DNA of 56,638 nucleotides from a virus (Duplodnaviria; Caudoviricetes): positions 1 to 56,638 of IMG/VR virus record IMGVR_UViG_3300042402_004196, one strand, 5' to 3'. The position numbers were made by a program, and so were the translations under genes. The notes below the pieces were generated by a model that was given only the letters and a program-made list of their open reading frames with translations, was not told the origin of the DNA and ran no database searches. This document shows, piece by piece, positions 37,914 to 49,400 of the stretch (position 1 is its first letter; each line of letters opens with the position of its first letter).

Positions 37914-40900
37914 ATGTCAGAGAGTACTTTATCTTTTTCTTCATCGTCAAACTTTAGAAATCAGTTAATAGCAAGAAACTTGTCACCATATACTGTACCT
38001 GGAGTTTTTTCACCTGGCGGTGGAAATACAAACTATGAAACAAATCTGACCGTTACAAGTGTTGTAGATTCTCCAGATACATTAATTTCAACAAACAATC
38101 TAGCAAATTCTTTATATCCATTAAACGAATATGGACCTGAAGGTGGTTTCCAAGGAAAATACACACTTCCTGGTGCTCCATATCCGGTTGAGTCAAACAA
38201 AGGACCTTATGGTCCAAATGACACCCAAATGGATTTAATTAATGAATTTTTTATTGATGCTGCATATATTCAAAATGTATACGGACCTGAAGGTGGTTAT
38301 AGTGATTTAGTTGAAATTACAGATGTTGTTGGAAGTCCTAAATTATATCAACCATATTGGGATCCATCATCATTTGTTGCATCTTCATATTCACCTTACG
38401 ATTTAATTTTTAATCAAAACCCAACTGGATCAAATGGTCCTTTATCACAAGATACATACTTAGCAAGAATTGGAGCAAGTAGACTTAAAAGTTTATTTGA
38501 AGAAAGAATTGCTGCCGAGATAACACAAAACACAATAGGTCGTGTTAACCTAGATTCATTAACAGATCCAGCATCTGCAGCACTTGTTGCAGCTGGAAAA
38601 GAACCTTTTGTTGAAAAAAATTGGAAAATTACAGAACCTGAAAACCCATTAGGCGCCGCTGTTAGTTTAGCAAATAGATTAACCGGAACATATTTCCCAA
38701 CATCATTAATTCCCGGTGATTATTTCAATGATGTAAACATACAAGCACCAAAATTAGAAAGTGCGTTAAATGTTATTAACCCACTTACTGGCGGATTGTT
38801 AGGTCCAGTTTTAGATAATTTTAGAAATCCATCAGAAACCTTTGTACAAAATACGGGTAATGGTCAAAGATCAATTTTATTTTCATCTTTAGATTATAAC
38901 AAATATAGACCAAAATATACTAGAGGACCAATTCAAAGTATTACAACAGGATTAGATAGAATTTTAGATCCTGACAAACCAAATACCGGTGGTTACTATG
39001 TTGGTAGTCCAGAAGCTGAACCTTCTAAAATTGATTCACCTGCAAACCAATTACCAGTTGGACCAGGAGGAAAACAAATTAATACTATTGTTTACGGACC
39101 ACAAGAGTTAGGAATATTATATGAAGGTAACCAAAATAAAATTCAAAATGGTTTAGCTGGCAAAGCACTTACTGATGGTGGTGGTATCGCCGGACAGTTT
39201 GTTTGGACATCCCCAAAGTACAAATCAAATGCTGGATTTAAAGTAGGTGTTGGGGGTGCTGTAAAATCATTAGATAAAGAATATAATGTAATTAAACCTG
39301 ATTATGAAAAATATCAATCTACCGATATTAAATTTAAAGAAGGTTCAATATTAGATGACACCCAAAGATTAATAGATGCTGCAGATACCGTACAAGGTGG
39401 TACTAGATTAAAACATGTAGGTAATGCAATCAATCAAGTATCAAAAGTGTTTAACGATGGATATAAAGAACTAACAAAAGGTTCAAAAGTTTTATCATAT
39501 AAAAATGATTCTGATGGTACTGAAGCTGGAATTGAATATTGTAGAATTTTTACAAAAGATACACCTTATTATACTTATGGTGATTTACAAAAATCAGATG
39601 GTATTACAACTGAAGGTAGAAAGTTTAGTTATTCTGTTTTTGATAAAACCTATAACTTAAATATTGCACCACTTAAAAATCCAGGATCAACAAATATTAT
39701 TGATAATAAAGTTAAAAAATACATGTTCTCAATTGAGAATTTAGCTTGGAGAACATCAGATAGACCAGGTTATACTTATGATGATTTACCTGTTTGTGAA
39801 AGAGGACCAAATGGAGGAAGAATTATGTGGTTTCCACCATATGGTCTTACATTTAATGATGACTCAAAACCAACATTTAACCAAACTACATTTTTAGGCA
39901 GACCAGAGCCAATATATACATATAAAAATACAACAAGAAGTGGTAGTATTAGTTGGAAAATGATTGTGGATCATCCAGCAGTGATGAACACAATTGTTCA
40001 GAAACAACTTAAAAATGTTGCAAAAAAAGAACAAGTAGATTCAATGATCGATTCATTTTTTGCTGGTTGTTTAAAATATGACTTATACGAGTTAGGAATT
40101 AAATTTAATACAATACCAACAAGAGATTTATTTACATACCAACAAGTATTAAATAATCCAAGACTAACATCTGAAGAATTAGGACAAGTTGCTTTTGAAA
40201 TACCCCAAGCACCTGAAAGTAAAAACCAAAATAGTGGTGGTGGTAACAATGCTGACAATACAGGCGATGCTGTTGGGTCAGAATCAAATACTAAAAATGA
40301 AACATCAACAGGTTTAGTAGATGCTTCATCAGATTTGGAGAAATTTATTGGATATGGTTGGTATTTTGAAAACAACTCACCAAATTCAATAACAGGAAAA
40401 TCAACATATGGTGAAAAGGCAAATAATGATTTTGAATATTGGTATAATGATTATACCAGTAAACAAAATACAACATATGTAACAAATGCACCAGAAAAGG
40501 TTTATTTAACAAATGATACATCCGAAGGTAGATATGGCGCAAAATATGCGATAAAAGATACTGGACCGGTAAAGGAATATACAAGAGAAGCAATACAAGA
40601 TTTTTTTACACAAGTTATTATAGGAAATTTTGACATATTAAAAGGTGGATTTTTAGAAGAAGTTAAAAAAATATTAATTGCCGGAGGTGAAGTTGAGGTT
40701 GATCTAACAAGTTCTGCTTCAGCAACAGCAAGTGTTGATTATAATATTGATATATCAAAAAGAAGAAATAGTGCTGTAATGCAATGGTTAGAAAAACAAA
40801 CAGTACAAGATGGAAAAACACTAAAAGAGTTTATTGATCAAAAAAAATTAGTTTTAAATTTCACACCAAGAGGTGAACAAGTTGTAATACCTAAAACAAA

Positions 40901-43094
40901 TGCTGAAGCCAAAGAAACACCAGATCAAACTGATATTTCGTTAGTTAATAGTAGTGGAAGTGATGGTGTGTTAAAAGATAATGTTGATTGTAGGGTTAAC
41001 GTAAGAGAAAGACTTTCGTACAATGCTACTTTATATTCTAGAACTGGAGCTGCAGAATGGTGGTCTATTCCACCAATGGCGTGTAGAAGGGTTGCAATAC
41101 AAGCTATCAGAGCTAAAAAACCACCTGAACCAACACCTAAACCACCAGACCCAACACCGGTTGTAGGTGGTGGTGGAGAACAAATTGAAGTTCAGAACCC
41201 ACAAACAAAACCAACTAATGCTATTAAACCATCTCCAAATATTACTGTTGAACAAAAAATAAAAGATGGTATATCAAAAAAAGTTTTAAGATTTTTATTT
41301 TCTGAATGTGATTATTTTGAAGTTTTAAAAGAATCGGACCCAATGGTATACCAATCAATTAAAGATAAGATTAAATATTTTACTCCAGCATTCCACTCAA
41401 CAACACCGGAAGGTTTAAATGGTAGATTAACATTCTTAAATCAATGTGTAAGACCTGGACAAACAATTCCTATAATTGGTGCCGATGGAAGACCAAAATA
41501 TAATGATGCTTTAAATACATCATTTGGTGCACCACCAATATTAGTTTTAAGAGTTGGTGACTTTTACCATAGTAAGATTGTGCCAAATAGTATGAACTTT
41601 AAATATGGTGATGCTCAGTATGATTTAAACCCAGAAGGTATTGGAATACAACCAATGATTGTTGATGTTACAATGAGTTTTGATTTTATTGGTGGACACG
41701 GATTAAAAGGTCCTGTTGAGGAATTACAAAACGCACTATCGTTTAATTTTTACGCAAATACTGAAGTATATGATGAAAGAGCAACAGCAACAGAAGATGT
41801 TTCAGCAAGAGACAAATATGTTGTTGAAAAAATATTAGCAAATCAACCACCAGTTAAAGTTGCTCAAGTTCAAAACCCAATACCAAAAAGAGGTGGATCA
41901 ACTATTGGTAATTTACTTAATAATACAGAATTAGATTATACACAATTTGTAAATTCATTCTGGACTAAAACCGTTGAGTATTTTGACACGGTTATTAACA
42001 CAAATTGTACAATAGTTAAAAATAATAGTATTGGATCAATATATTCCCTCTTCTTAAAAAGAAATTATTTGAAAGGAACATTTGATGAATACGGAACAAA
42101 AAGTGACATTTCAATTTATGGTAAACCTAACGATTTTGAAAATAGAATTAATAAATTATTTGAAGAAACACTTAAAGATATTTCTAACGATAACGATACT
42201 TTTATGCGTACGGTTATAAAAGAAGGTAAAGATTTAAGGTTAAAAGACAAAAGAGAAATAAGAGATAGATTAATTTCTTATGTTGGAAGTAAAAAAGATG
42301 AATTTATTTTAAATGTTAATAATGACCTTAATAATTTAATTAAAATCCAAGAAGATTATGTTCAGTTTATTAGAAAATTTAATTTACTATTAACAAAAAC
42401 AGATGGCTCACTAAATAGTGATAATATTTCTAACGTATATAATTTATCAGGTGTTACATCTGGATCAACAGATAGTTTTACAGCACTCCAAGATGTTTAC
42501 ACGGCAATCAAAAACAAACATGTTGAATTTTTTGATAATACAGACGGTATTGTTAAATCCGTAGCATATTTAGGTCTTGATTTAACAAATAATATTTACA
42601 ATGAATCTAAATCAATTTTTACCGACAAGTCGGTAACCCCAACTGAAATTGAGGCAAAGTTTGCTCTAGACCCAACAACCGATAATGAAACAGAAACTGA
42701 TAATAGATTTTATCAAATAATGGGTCCAATATTTTATGATGACACAAAAAAAACAGACCTAATAAATTATTTATTAAATAGTTCTTTATATGGTGAAAAA
42801 AAATCAGATGTTGAAAAAATAATAAACTCCGGAACAACAGCGTGTGTTAATCAATTTAATCTTTACACTAAGAGAAATATTGATAAGAAATTTAATATAG
42901 AAAGTATTAAGAATGAACAAAGATATAAAGATTTAATTAAATCACCGGTAGATGAGGCAACATCATATAAATTAAACTACACTTTTACAACTGACGGGAC
43001 ACAACAACAAAAAGAAAGGATTACAAACCTTTATTCAACAAATAACATAAATACGAAGTTTGATACTTTTGATGGTAAAATAAAATTTAATTAA
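37914..43094 (+). CDS. Large baseplate/tube-initiator protein with an OmpA-like domain
   Basis: FPPY..F.D..LGRPEPIYTY..R and APPILVLRVGD..QPM..DV..F motifs flank SAS..YN..SKRR..GE..RRV. Confidence 0.55.
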   Translation: MSESTLSFSSSSNFRNQLIARNLSPYTVPGVFSPGGGNTNYETNLTVTSVVDSPDTLISTNNLANSLYPLNEYGPEGGFQGKYTLPGAPYPVESNKGPYGPNDTQMDLINEFFIDAAYIQNVYGPEGGYSDLVEITDVVGSPKLYQPYWDPSSFVASSYSPYDLIFNQNPTGSNGPLSQDTYLARIGASRLKSLFEERIAAEITQNTIGRVNLDSLTDPASAALVAAGKEPFVEKNWKITEPENPLGAAVSLANRLTGTYFPTSLIPGDYFNDVNIQAPKLESALNVINPLTGGLLGPVLDNFRNPSETFVQNTGNGQRSILFSSLDYNKYRPKYTRGPIQSITTGLDRILDPDKPNTGGYYVGSPEAEPSKIDSPANQLPVGPGGKQINTIVYGPQELGILYEGNQNKIQNGLAGKALTDGGGIAGQFVWTSPKYKSNAGFKVGVGGAVKSLDKEYNVIKPDYEKYQSTDIKFKEGSILDDTQRLIDAADTVQGGTRLKHVGNAINQVSKVFNDGYKELTKGSKVLSYKNDSDGTEAGIEYCRIFTKDTPYYTYGDLQKSDGITTEGRKFSYSVFDKTYNLNIAPLKNPGSTNIIDNKVKKYMFSIENLAWRTSDRPGYTYDDLPVCERGPNGGRIMWFPPYGLTFNDDSKPTFNQTTFLGRPEPIYTYKNTTRSGSISWKMIVDHPAVMNTIVQKQLKNVAKKEQVDSMIDSFFAGCLKYDLYELGIKFNTIPTRDLFTYQQVLNNPRLTSEELGQVAFEIPQAPESKNQNSGGGNNADNTGDAVGSESNTKNETSTGLVDASSDLEKFIGYGWYFENNSPNSITGKSTYGEKANNDFEYWYNDYTSKQNTTYVTNAPEKVYLTNDTSEGRYGAKYAIKDTGPVKEYTREAIQDFFTQVIIGNFDILKGGFLEEVKKILIAGGEVEVDLTSSASATASVDYNIDISKRRNSAVMQWLEKQTVQDGKTLKEFIDQKKLVLNFTPRGEQVVIPKTNAEAKETPDQTDISLVNSSGSDGVLKDNVDCRVNVRERLSYNATLYSRTGAAEWWSIPPMACRRVAIQAIRAKKPPEPTPKPPDPTPVVGGGGEQIEVQNPQTKPTNAIKPSPNITVEQKIKDGISKKVLRFLFSECDYFEVLKESDPMVYQSIKDKIKYFTPAFHSTTPEGLNGRLTFLNQCVRPGQTIPIIGADGRPKYNDALNTSFGAPPILVLRVGDFYHSKIVPNSMNFKYGDAQYDLNPEGIGIQPMIVDVTMSFDFIGGHGLKGPVEELQNALSFNFYANTEVYDERATATEDVSARDKYVVEKILANQPPVKVAQVQNPIPKRGGSTIGNLLNNTELDYTQFVNSFWTKTVEYFDTVINTNCTIVKNNSIGSIYSLFLKRNYLKGTFDEYGTKSDISIYGKPNDFENRINKLFEETLKDISNDNDTFMRTVIKEGKDLRLKDKREIRDRLISYVGSKKDEFILNVNNDLNNLIKIQEDYVQFIRKFNLLLTKTDGSLNSDNISNVYNLSGVTSGSTDSFTALQDVYTAIKNKHVEFFDNTDGIVKSVAYLGLDLTNNIYNESKSIFTDKSVTPTEIEAKFALDPTTDNETETDNRFYQIMGPIFYDDTKKTDLINYLLNSSLYGEKKSDVEKIINSGTTACVNQFNLYTKRNIDKKFNIESIKNEQRYKDLIKSPVDEATSYKLNYTFTTDGTQQQKERITNLYSTNNINTKFDTFDGKIKFN

Positions 43095-43095
43095 A

Positions 43096-43419
43096 ATGAG
43101 TTTACAATATTACAACAGATACAGTAAATTTTTAAATAATGGAGAACAACAAGTTGTCCCTTATATTAACCTACCATCAAAATCAACTGACAAAAATTAT
43201 ATTTATAGAGTTGGACAGTCAAGATTAGATAAAATATCTTTTCAGTATTACGGAACACCATTCTTTGGTTGGTTAATACAACAGGCAAATCCAAAGTATT
43301 CCGGATCTGAGTGGTCAATACCAGATGGTGCTATATTGACAATTCCATTTCCGTTACTAACTTCATTACAGGATTACAATAACGAATTGGAAAATTACTT
43401 TTTTTATTATGGTAGATAA
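43096..43419 (+). CDS. LysM-like/tail X baseplate wedge protein
   Basis: RLDKISFQYYG..GWLI..ANP..IPDG..L.IP. Confidence 0.7.
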   Translation: MSLQYYNRYSKFLNNGEQQVVPYINLPSKSTDKNYIYRVGQSRLDKISFQYYGTPFFGWLIQQANPKYSGSEWSIPDGAILTIPFPLLTSLQDYNNELENYFFYYGR

Positions 43420-46400
43420 CGGAGAAAACATTTTAGTTGAATTTGACTATGATAATATAACCCTTGTTGATCCTAATAAAGTAATAGATGAAGAAGGTAA
43501 GGTTAAAGAAAGATATGTCAAACAAGAAAATTTAGTAATGTATGCTAACTTGGAATGCAGTGTCGTCCCAAGAACAAAGTTAGCAATTGGAGCCCCATTA
43601 AATGATAATGTAAGAACAATCTCAGTTGGAAAGATTAATTTCCTTAATCCTGGGTTTAAAACTTTTTTAAATACAAGTTGGTCAGACGAACTTACAGGTA
43701 AAGATACTGTAAAAGGATTAGGAGTTAACCAACCAAAATTAAATGCGGTACAAAACCCAAAGAAAAACGATGATTATTACATCACACAATCACAATATTC
43801 TAATGGAACACCAGGAGCTGTTGATAACGGGTTACTTGGTTTAAAGTCAATTAACATTGATATTAATACCGCTTTTTACCCAACTGTCACAATTAAAATG
43901 GAAGACGTAAAAGGTAGGGCATTATTTGAAGCCGGAAACAATTCACCATATGCTGCTTTTTTCCAATTACCTTATCCAATCTTTTATTTAACAATAAAAG
44001 GTTTTTATGGTAAAGCCGTTAGATATCCATTAATGTTACAAACATTTTCATCATCATTTGACTCATCAAGTGGCAATTTTAAAATAGATTTAAAATTATT
44101 TGGATATAAATACGGTATAATGTCTTATGTGAATTGGGGTCAGATGTTAGCAGTACCACATATGTATAACACATTTGTTAATACTAACACACCAACAAAC
44201 AAACAAGGAATTACTGAAAATGTAACACTACAGAATAATGAAGTTGTTATTACAGCATCAAAACCATCACAAAACAAACCACAACTAGTTAGTCGTGGTT
44301 ATCAAAAAATGAAAGAAGTGTATTCTGAATACAAAGCCAAAGGTTTAATTGACGATGATTTTCCGGAATATACTGTAACAAAATTAAAAAGTAAGTTAGA
44401 TACTTTTATAAAAGAAATTTTGGAAAAGTTTGCTAAAGAAAATTTAGGTACTTTAACAGAATTAGATAATTATCAAACACTTTTAACCGAGTTCTCAAAG
44501 AAAGTATTTTTTAATACAAATTCTTGGTATAGAACATATTTGGATACCAAAATACCTTTAGTACTTAGTGATGATACAAAAGTTTACACCTATAAAAAAG
44601 AATATGATGACGAATCAAAAAGATCGGCAGCAGAAACAGAACTTGATGGTATTATAAAAGATTTTTTGTCAAAACTTGCAGCCAATAGTGTTGCTGGTAA
44701 AAATGGTAGTTATGTTGTTGGAGGCAAAACAACAAAGAGTGAAATACCAATTGATGTTGATATAAATAAATTTAAAAAAGACGTATCCTCTAAAGATGTT
44801 GATTTTCCAAAATCATACAAAGAAACAACAGGTAAAGTAGCTTCCGGTACAACTGAATTGGATTTTTTTAGAAATACATTATCACCATTAATAGACAAAC
44901 TTAAATGGTTTGTTTTTGACGGTAAAAACACTTTTAATGAAATAATTGCTACGGCTTCTAAAAATGTAACAACATTAAGAACAGAAGTAGAACAAAAAAT
45001 TACTGAAAGTTTAACAGAACAATTATCAAGAAAAGATAGTGGTATTGGATTTAAACCAACTATTAGAAATATTTTAGCACCATTCTTTGCACAAGGTGAA
45101 GCTTTTTTACGATTAATGGATGATGTCCATACTGCCGCATGGGGTATTAGAGAAAATCAATATCGTAAAGCGGCAGTACTTGGTGGCTCATCAACAGCCC
45201 AAAGTGTTGATGTTAAAGTACCGGGCCAAACTAATGAACCAATATATCCTTGGCCACAAGTATTACGTGAATATACCGCAACTGATGGAAATGAAAAATT
45301 TGAACAAAAATATCCTGGTGATCCATCAATATCGTCATTAACTAAAGCTTATATAAGTGAGTTATGGCCTGAAGTTGAATTTGTTGAGGAATATATAAAA
45401 GGGTTTATTGAAAGAGAAGCCGATGAACCAGATTTTGGAGATACTGGTAACGGTGCTTTTAAACCAAATAGATTAAGTTTAAATGCTATTGACTTCCCAA
45501 TTACAAATGAAGTATTCCAAAATAAGGAAGAAGTAAAATTTTATTATGAAATATACGAAAGAGTTTTAGTTAATTCTTTTTATTCAAAATTAAGTAGAAT
45601 TCCGGGATATCAATCTAGTGTTTATCTTGTTGAATCCGAAGATGAAAAATTAAACGTAATTAAAAGTTTGGGATCTGAAAGTCCATTTTTACAAAAAAAA
45701 TTAAAACAGTATTTAATTGACTCTGCAAATTATACAACATTCCTTAGACACATTTCAAATCAAGGTGAAGGTGAAAGTTGGCAAAAATTTATTAGAGGTG
45801 AGTTTGTTACACCTTACTTAAAGAATAAAGTGGATAACCCCTTTCAGATTTTTAATAGTACTTTATTAATAAGTGAAAGATCACAACCAGATTTATCTTT
45901 AACTCAAGAATTAAAAATAACTGATTTTGTACAAAATTTAACATCAAGTAATGAGTTTGATTTTACAGATATGTATCCGATAACAAATTTAGATTGGTGT
46001 AAGAATTATCTTGCAAATGGAAAACCATTAAATGGAGATACTGAAGTATTCAACACCAATAAAGTTTTAGTTTATAATACAATTCATAAGACAATTACAA
46101 ACTTTTCAAAGGATGATACTGTAACAACAAAAAGACCGATTACAAACTTTAATTATACAACTGGAATTTTTTCACAGACAATAGATACTAATTTAAAACA
46201 ATTTTATAAAAATAGAAAAATAGAAGAACAGTTCATTACCGAAGGTAATTTGAATTACTCTGGTTATACTGGATATTTGGATTCTGAACAGACAACCTCA
46301 ATGTTAAACACACCATTTTTTATTAATGCAATACAAAATGGAGTGTTTAATTTTAGATATAAAAGTAATGATTTATCACCTTATAAAGCGGCCGCGTATT

Positions 46401-49400
46401 ATTTTTTAAATAGTTTACCTTTAGCCACATTAAGAGAAAAATATAGAAGTCAGGATTCCTCAACAGACCTTGATTATATTATATCAACACTCAAAAAATT
46501 TGGTGCTATTCACAGATTACCATACGCTTGGATTTTAAAATATGGATCAATTTGGCACAGATATAAAACTTGGAATAGAAAAGGTACTGATATCTTAGAC
46601 GATTCTTGGAAAGATTTTAATTATCTTGGAAACTATGATCCGTCAAATTCCGCAACAACAAAGACATACACACTTAATATCAATAACACTGAAAAAAACA
46701 TTGTATTGCAACAAAACTTAGTAGCTGGTACCGCAACTACAACATATATGAATACAGGATTTTATCCTAAGTTGGTTGATGATATGAATGTTTTCTTACA
46801 AGGTTTAAAATTATTTTCAGGTACAACCCAACTTAATGGTACGGCAAGTGTTTTTGATACAACACTTGTTGTTTATTCTGTAAACGATAATAATTTAGCA
46901 CCAGGACAAATCCTTGCCGGACCTGGAATTGATGTTAATACAACAATTGTTTCACAAGTAAGTGGAACAACCGGTGGTATTGGTATATATACAATAGCTC
47001 CAGTACAAAACTTAACAATATTAAATGGTACTTGTACAATAACCGGAACAACAATGGATGTTCTAAGTATAACTGGTGGTACATTATCAACAAATCAAAT
47101 AATTGGTGGTTTAGATATTGAATTAAATACAAAAATAGTTTCACAAGTAAGTGGAACAACTGGTGGTGTTGGAAGATATAACATAGATATATCGCAAAAT
47201 AAGACACTCACAACATTCTTTGAAGTAAACCCAGAAACTTTTTTTGTTACAAATGCGGCAACCGGTGGATATTCTCAAAGTGAAGTACAAACATTAATAG
47301 ACGAAGGAAAACTAGTGCTCTCAACTAATTTAGATAGTAAAATTATTAAAGCTCCAGGTTTTGATAATAACAACAATCAAAGAACATTATCGTTATCAAC
47401 ATGGTCTGTATTATCTAAATCAAACACATCGGACTCTTATTATATTTTACCTTCTTTTGGTAATACATTAAATCAAGTAAATGATGAGTGTTTTAAAAAC
47501 AATAATTTAAAAATAGAAGTACAATCAAATCCTGCATTATTTAATGGTTCTGTTAGATTTTTTTGGGGGGCACCGAATTATGGTTATTTTGATACATCTA
47601 AAATAACAAAAGCATCACCGGATTCATATATGAAAGAAATTTTTAAAGATAAATCAATACAACAAAATTTTTCTTTAAATGGTGACTCAAAAAAATATAC
47701 AAAAATATCAGAAATGTTTACAACCTTTGAAACAAACTTATTAGATTATTTTGAAGAAGAATTTTTAAATTTCAGTAGATCAATATACGATTATAAAACA
47801 TTAATTCCTGGAGAACCAGGTGCAGAAACAGAAACAGAAATTGCGTTTAAGAATTTTCAGTATTTAATGAGACAAATGATGGTTATAACCAAACCAAACG
47901 ATCTAACCTCTGAAGGATTAGTTACTGAAGTAATCCAAAAACAAAATGAAAACTTACAAAAACTATTAAGTAAGTTTATGGAATATGATGTTGTGTTTAA
48001 AATGGGTAACCCAACTATGTTTGATAGAAGATTATTCTATACGTTCTCAACAAAATTTATTCAAGACCCAATTTCATATCAAGGTTATAACCAAGGAACA
48101 CCAGGTTCATTACCAACAAACGGTGGCTCAATTACTTTAGCCCAGTCAAAAACGGCAAATCCAGAAACTTGGAAAGACTTAGAATATTATGTGGGATTTT
48201 CAGAAATACCAGAATTAGTTTATTCCAATAACGGTTCTTATATAACTGACTTTTTTGTTGATATGAATGTACAGTTTAATCAAAAAAATGTAAAAGATTT
48301 TGCACCAATAATAAAACTTTATGCGACACAAAAATTAAAAAATAAAAATATAAATATATCTGATTTTTTTAGTTTAATGAACACATATTTAGATACAACA
48401 GAATTGTATCAGAATAACGTTATTAATGATTTAATGACAGGAATTAGAAATGATTTACCTGAAATCGTTGTAACTAATGAGGGTCAAGACAATAAAGCAC
48501 CATTACAAGGAGATCAATCAAGAGATGAATTGTGGGATTTATTTAAAAATTTAAACGATACGTGGATTGCCGGTGCTGACATTAAAAATAAAACACTATT
48601 TGAAGATGTATTGTTATTTGATAGAGCGAGTAGAGATATTGGACAAAAAGTTTTAGTTGATATTTTTAAAGTAAAAGATTTAATTGAAACGGGACTTGTT
48701 AAAAATAGTATGTTTAATCTTGTAAGTACTATACTACAAGAAAACAATTTTACGGTAATGCCATTACCTTCGTTTACAAATTTTTATAATGTACAAGATG
48801 CGGTAAAAAATCCAGTACCAAAACCAGAAGGTACTTTAGAGTTTGCAAATTCATTTTGGGGTACGTTTTTAAATGTTGATTATAGAAATTCATCACCAAA
48901 AATATTGTGTTATTATAATAGTAAACCAAGTGCTCACTTGGCTATGAATGATAATGCTGACTATAGATATAGAGATGATGCTTTTGATCTAAGGAGAGCT
49001 AGTGATAATCCATTATTAGAAAATCAATTAAATAAAAATAATTGGGATAAGTCAAATAAAATTGTAGGTTTTAATGTTGATGTTAGTTTACAAAATCAAC
49101 AAATATTTGAAAGTATAAGTCTTAACCAAGACGCAGGACAACCAACTGCCGAATCACTTGAAATGATAAATCAAATGGCAAACCAAAGTAAAAACAGAGG
49201 AGTTGCAACACAAAGTGTATCACTCTATAATTTATATAGAAATAGAAGTTACACTTGTAGTATTGACATGATGGGAAATGCTTTGATGCAACCAATGATG
49301 TATTTTAATCTTAGAAACGTCCCAATGTTTAGTGGTCCATATATGATCACAAAAGTTTCACACACAATTGGTGAAGGCGATTTTAAAACCTCAATTACAG

